DNA from: Candidatus Hydrogenedentota bacterium | GTDB lineage: Bacteria > Hydrogenedentota > Hydrogenedentia > Hydrogenedentales > SLHB01 | Direction: 5' to 3' | Assembly (NCBI GenBank): GCA_029974275.1 | Contig: JARKSN010000022.1 | Span: 1 to 27,328 of the forward strand | DNA length: 27,328 nt | Shown: positions 27,156 to 27,328 of the stretch, in pieces | How the letters are laid out: each line of letters starts with the position of its first letter | Numbering within the stretch: the stretch's first letter is position 1 | Position numbers and translations under genes: made by a program | The notes under the pieces: model-generated | The model's input: only the letters and a program-made list of their open reading frames with translations | Databases searched by the model: none | What the model was told of the DNA's origin: nothing

Positions 27156-27260
27156 CTGGGGAAACCCTTCTTGAAAGAAGGGTTTCCCCAGACCCCTTCC
27201 CAAGAATGTTTCGGTGCGCTTCGCGCCTGAGGTGCGTAGCGCTGAAAGGTTTGGGAAGGG
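27156..27260. repeat. Composite palindromic element, second copy (lacks the right-hand hairpin)
   Basis: CTGGGGAAACCCTTCTT-GA-AAGAAGGGTTTCCCCAG, ACCCCTTCCCAA, inner GCGCTTCGCGCC-TGA-GGTGCGTAGCGC, then TTGGGAAGGG. Homologous to 16956-17073. Confidence 0.85.
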
Positions 27261-27328
27261 CAGGATCTCGTTTAAGAGCGTTTTTGCTCAAGCGACTGTC
27301 CCTCAATTATAAGATTTTGCTTGCTTTT

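Noticed and set aside
16956..27260. Palindromic repeats as a CRISPR array
   Set aside because: Copies are about 10 kb apart, not regularly spaced, and there are no cas genes.
27293..27310. GACTGTCCCTCAATT, reminiscent of short motifs seen near some Y1 transposase genes
   Set aside because: Single partial occurrence at the window edge, far from the RAYT-like gene, so it cannot be supported.

Overview
A GC-rich bacterial chromosomal window of housekeeping, envelope and carbohydrate-active genes, with no rRNA, tRNA, CRISPR array or prophage. Left to right: a spermidine-synthase-like membrane methyltransferase (minus strand, runs off the left edge, absent from the ORF track), GH172/DUF2961, purE preceded by a small Arg-rich protein, a secreted VIT-vWA protein, an ArfB-like GGQ factor, Nif3, a YjfB-like microprotein, an SGNH-TPR protein coupled to a NUDIX hydrolase, a RAYT/Y1 transposase-like gene, a small membrane protein, a Gly-zipper lipoprotein, a MEMO1/AmmeMemoRadiSam B protein, tyrS, gpsA, an MFS transporter, a PAS hybrid kinase, a two-lipoprotein plus YfgM-like cluster, a GH27 alpha-galactosidase and ilvE. 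The most interesting signals are: (1) a near-consensus sigma-28 promoter driving a ~170-nt GGA/hairpin-rich leader (possible CsrA sponge) plus a 66-aa microprotein; (2) an intact, apparently leaderless RAYT-like gene whose HUH and neighbouring conserved motifs are degenerate (possible domesticated transposase); (3) a family of nested-palindrome REP/REPIN-like elements after tyrS, ilvE and between GH172 and purE; (4) a MEMO1 enzyme with an N-terminal RRE/PqqD-like domain. All family calls come from motif recognition by eye; no searches were run.
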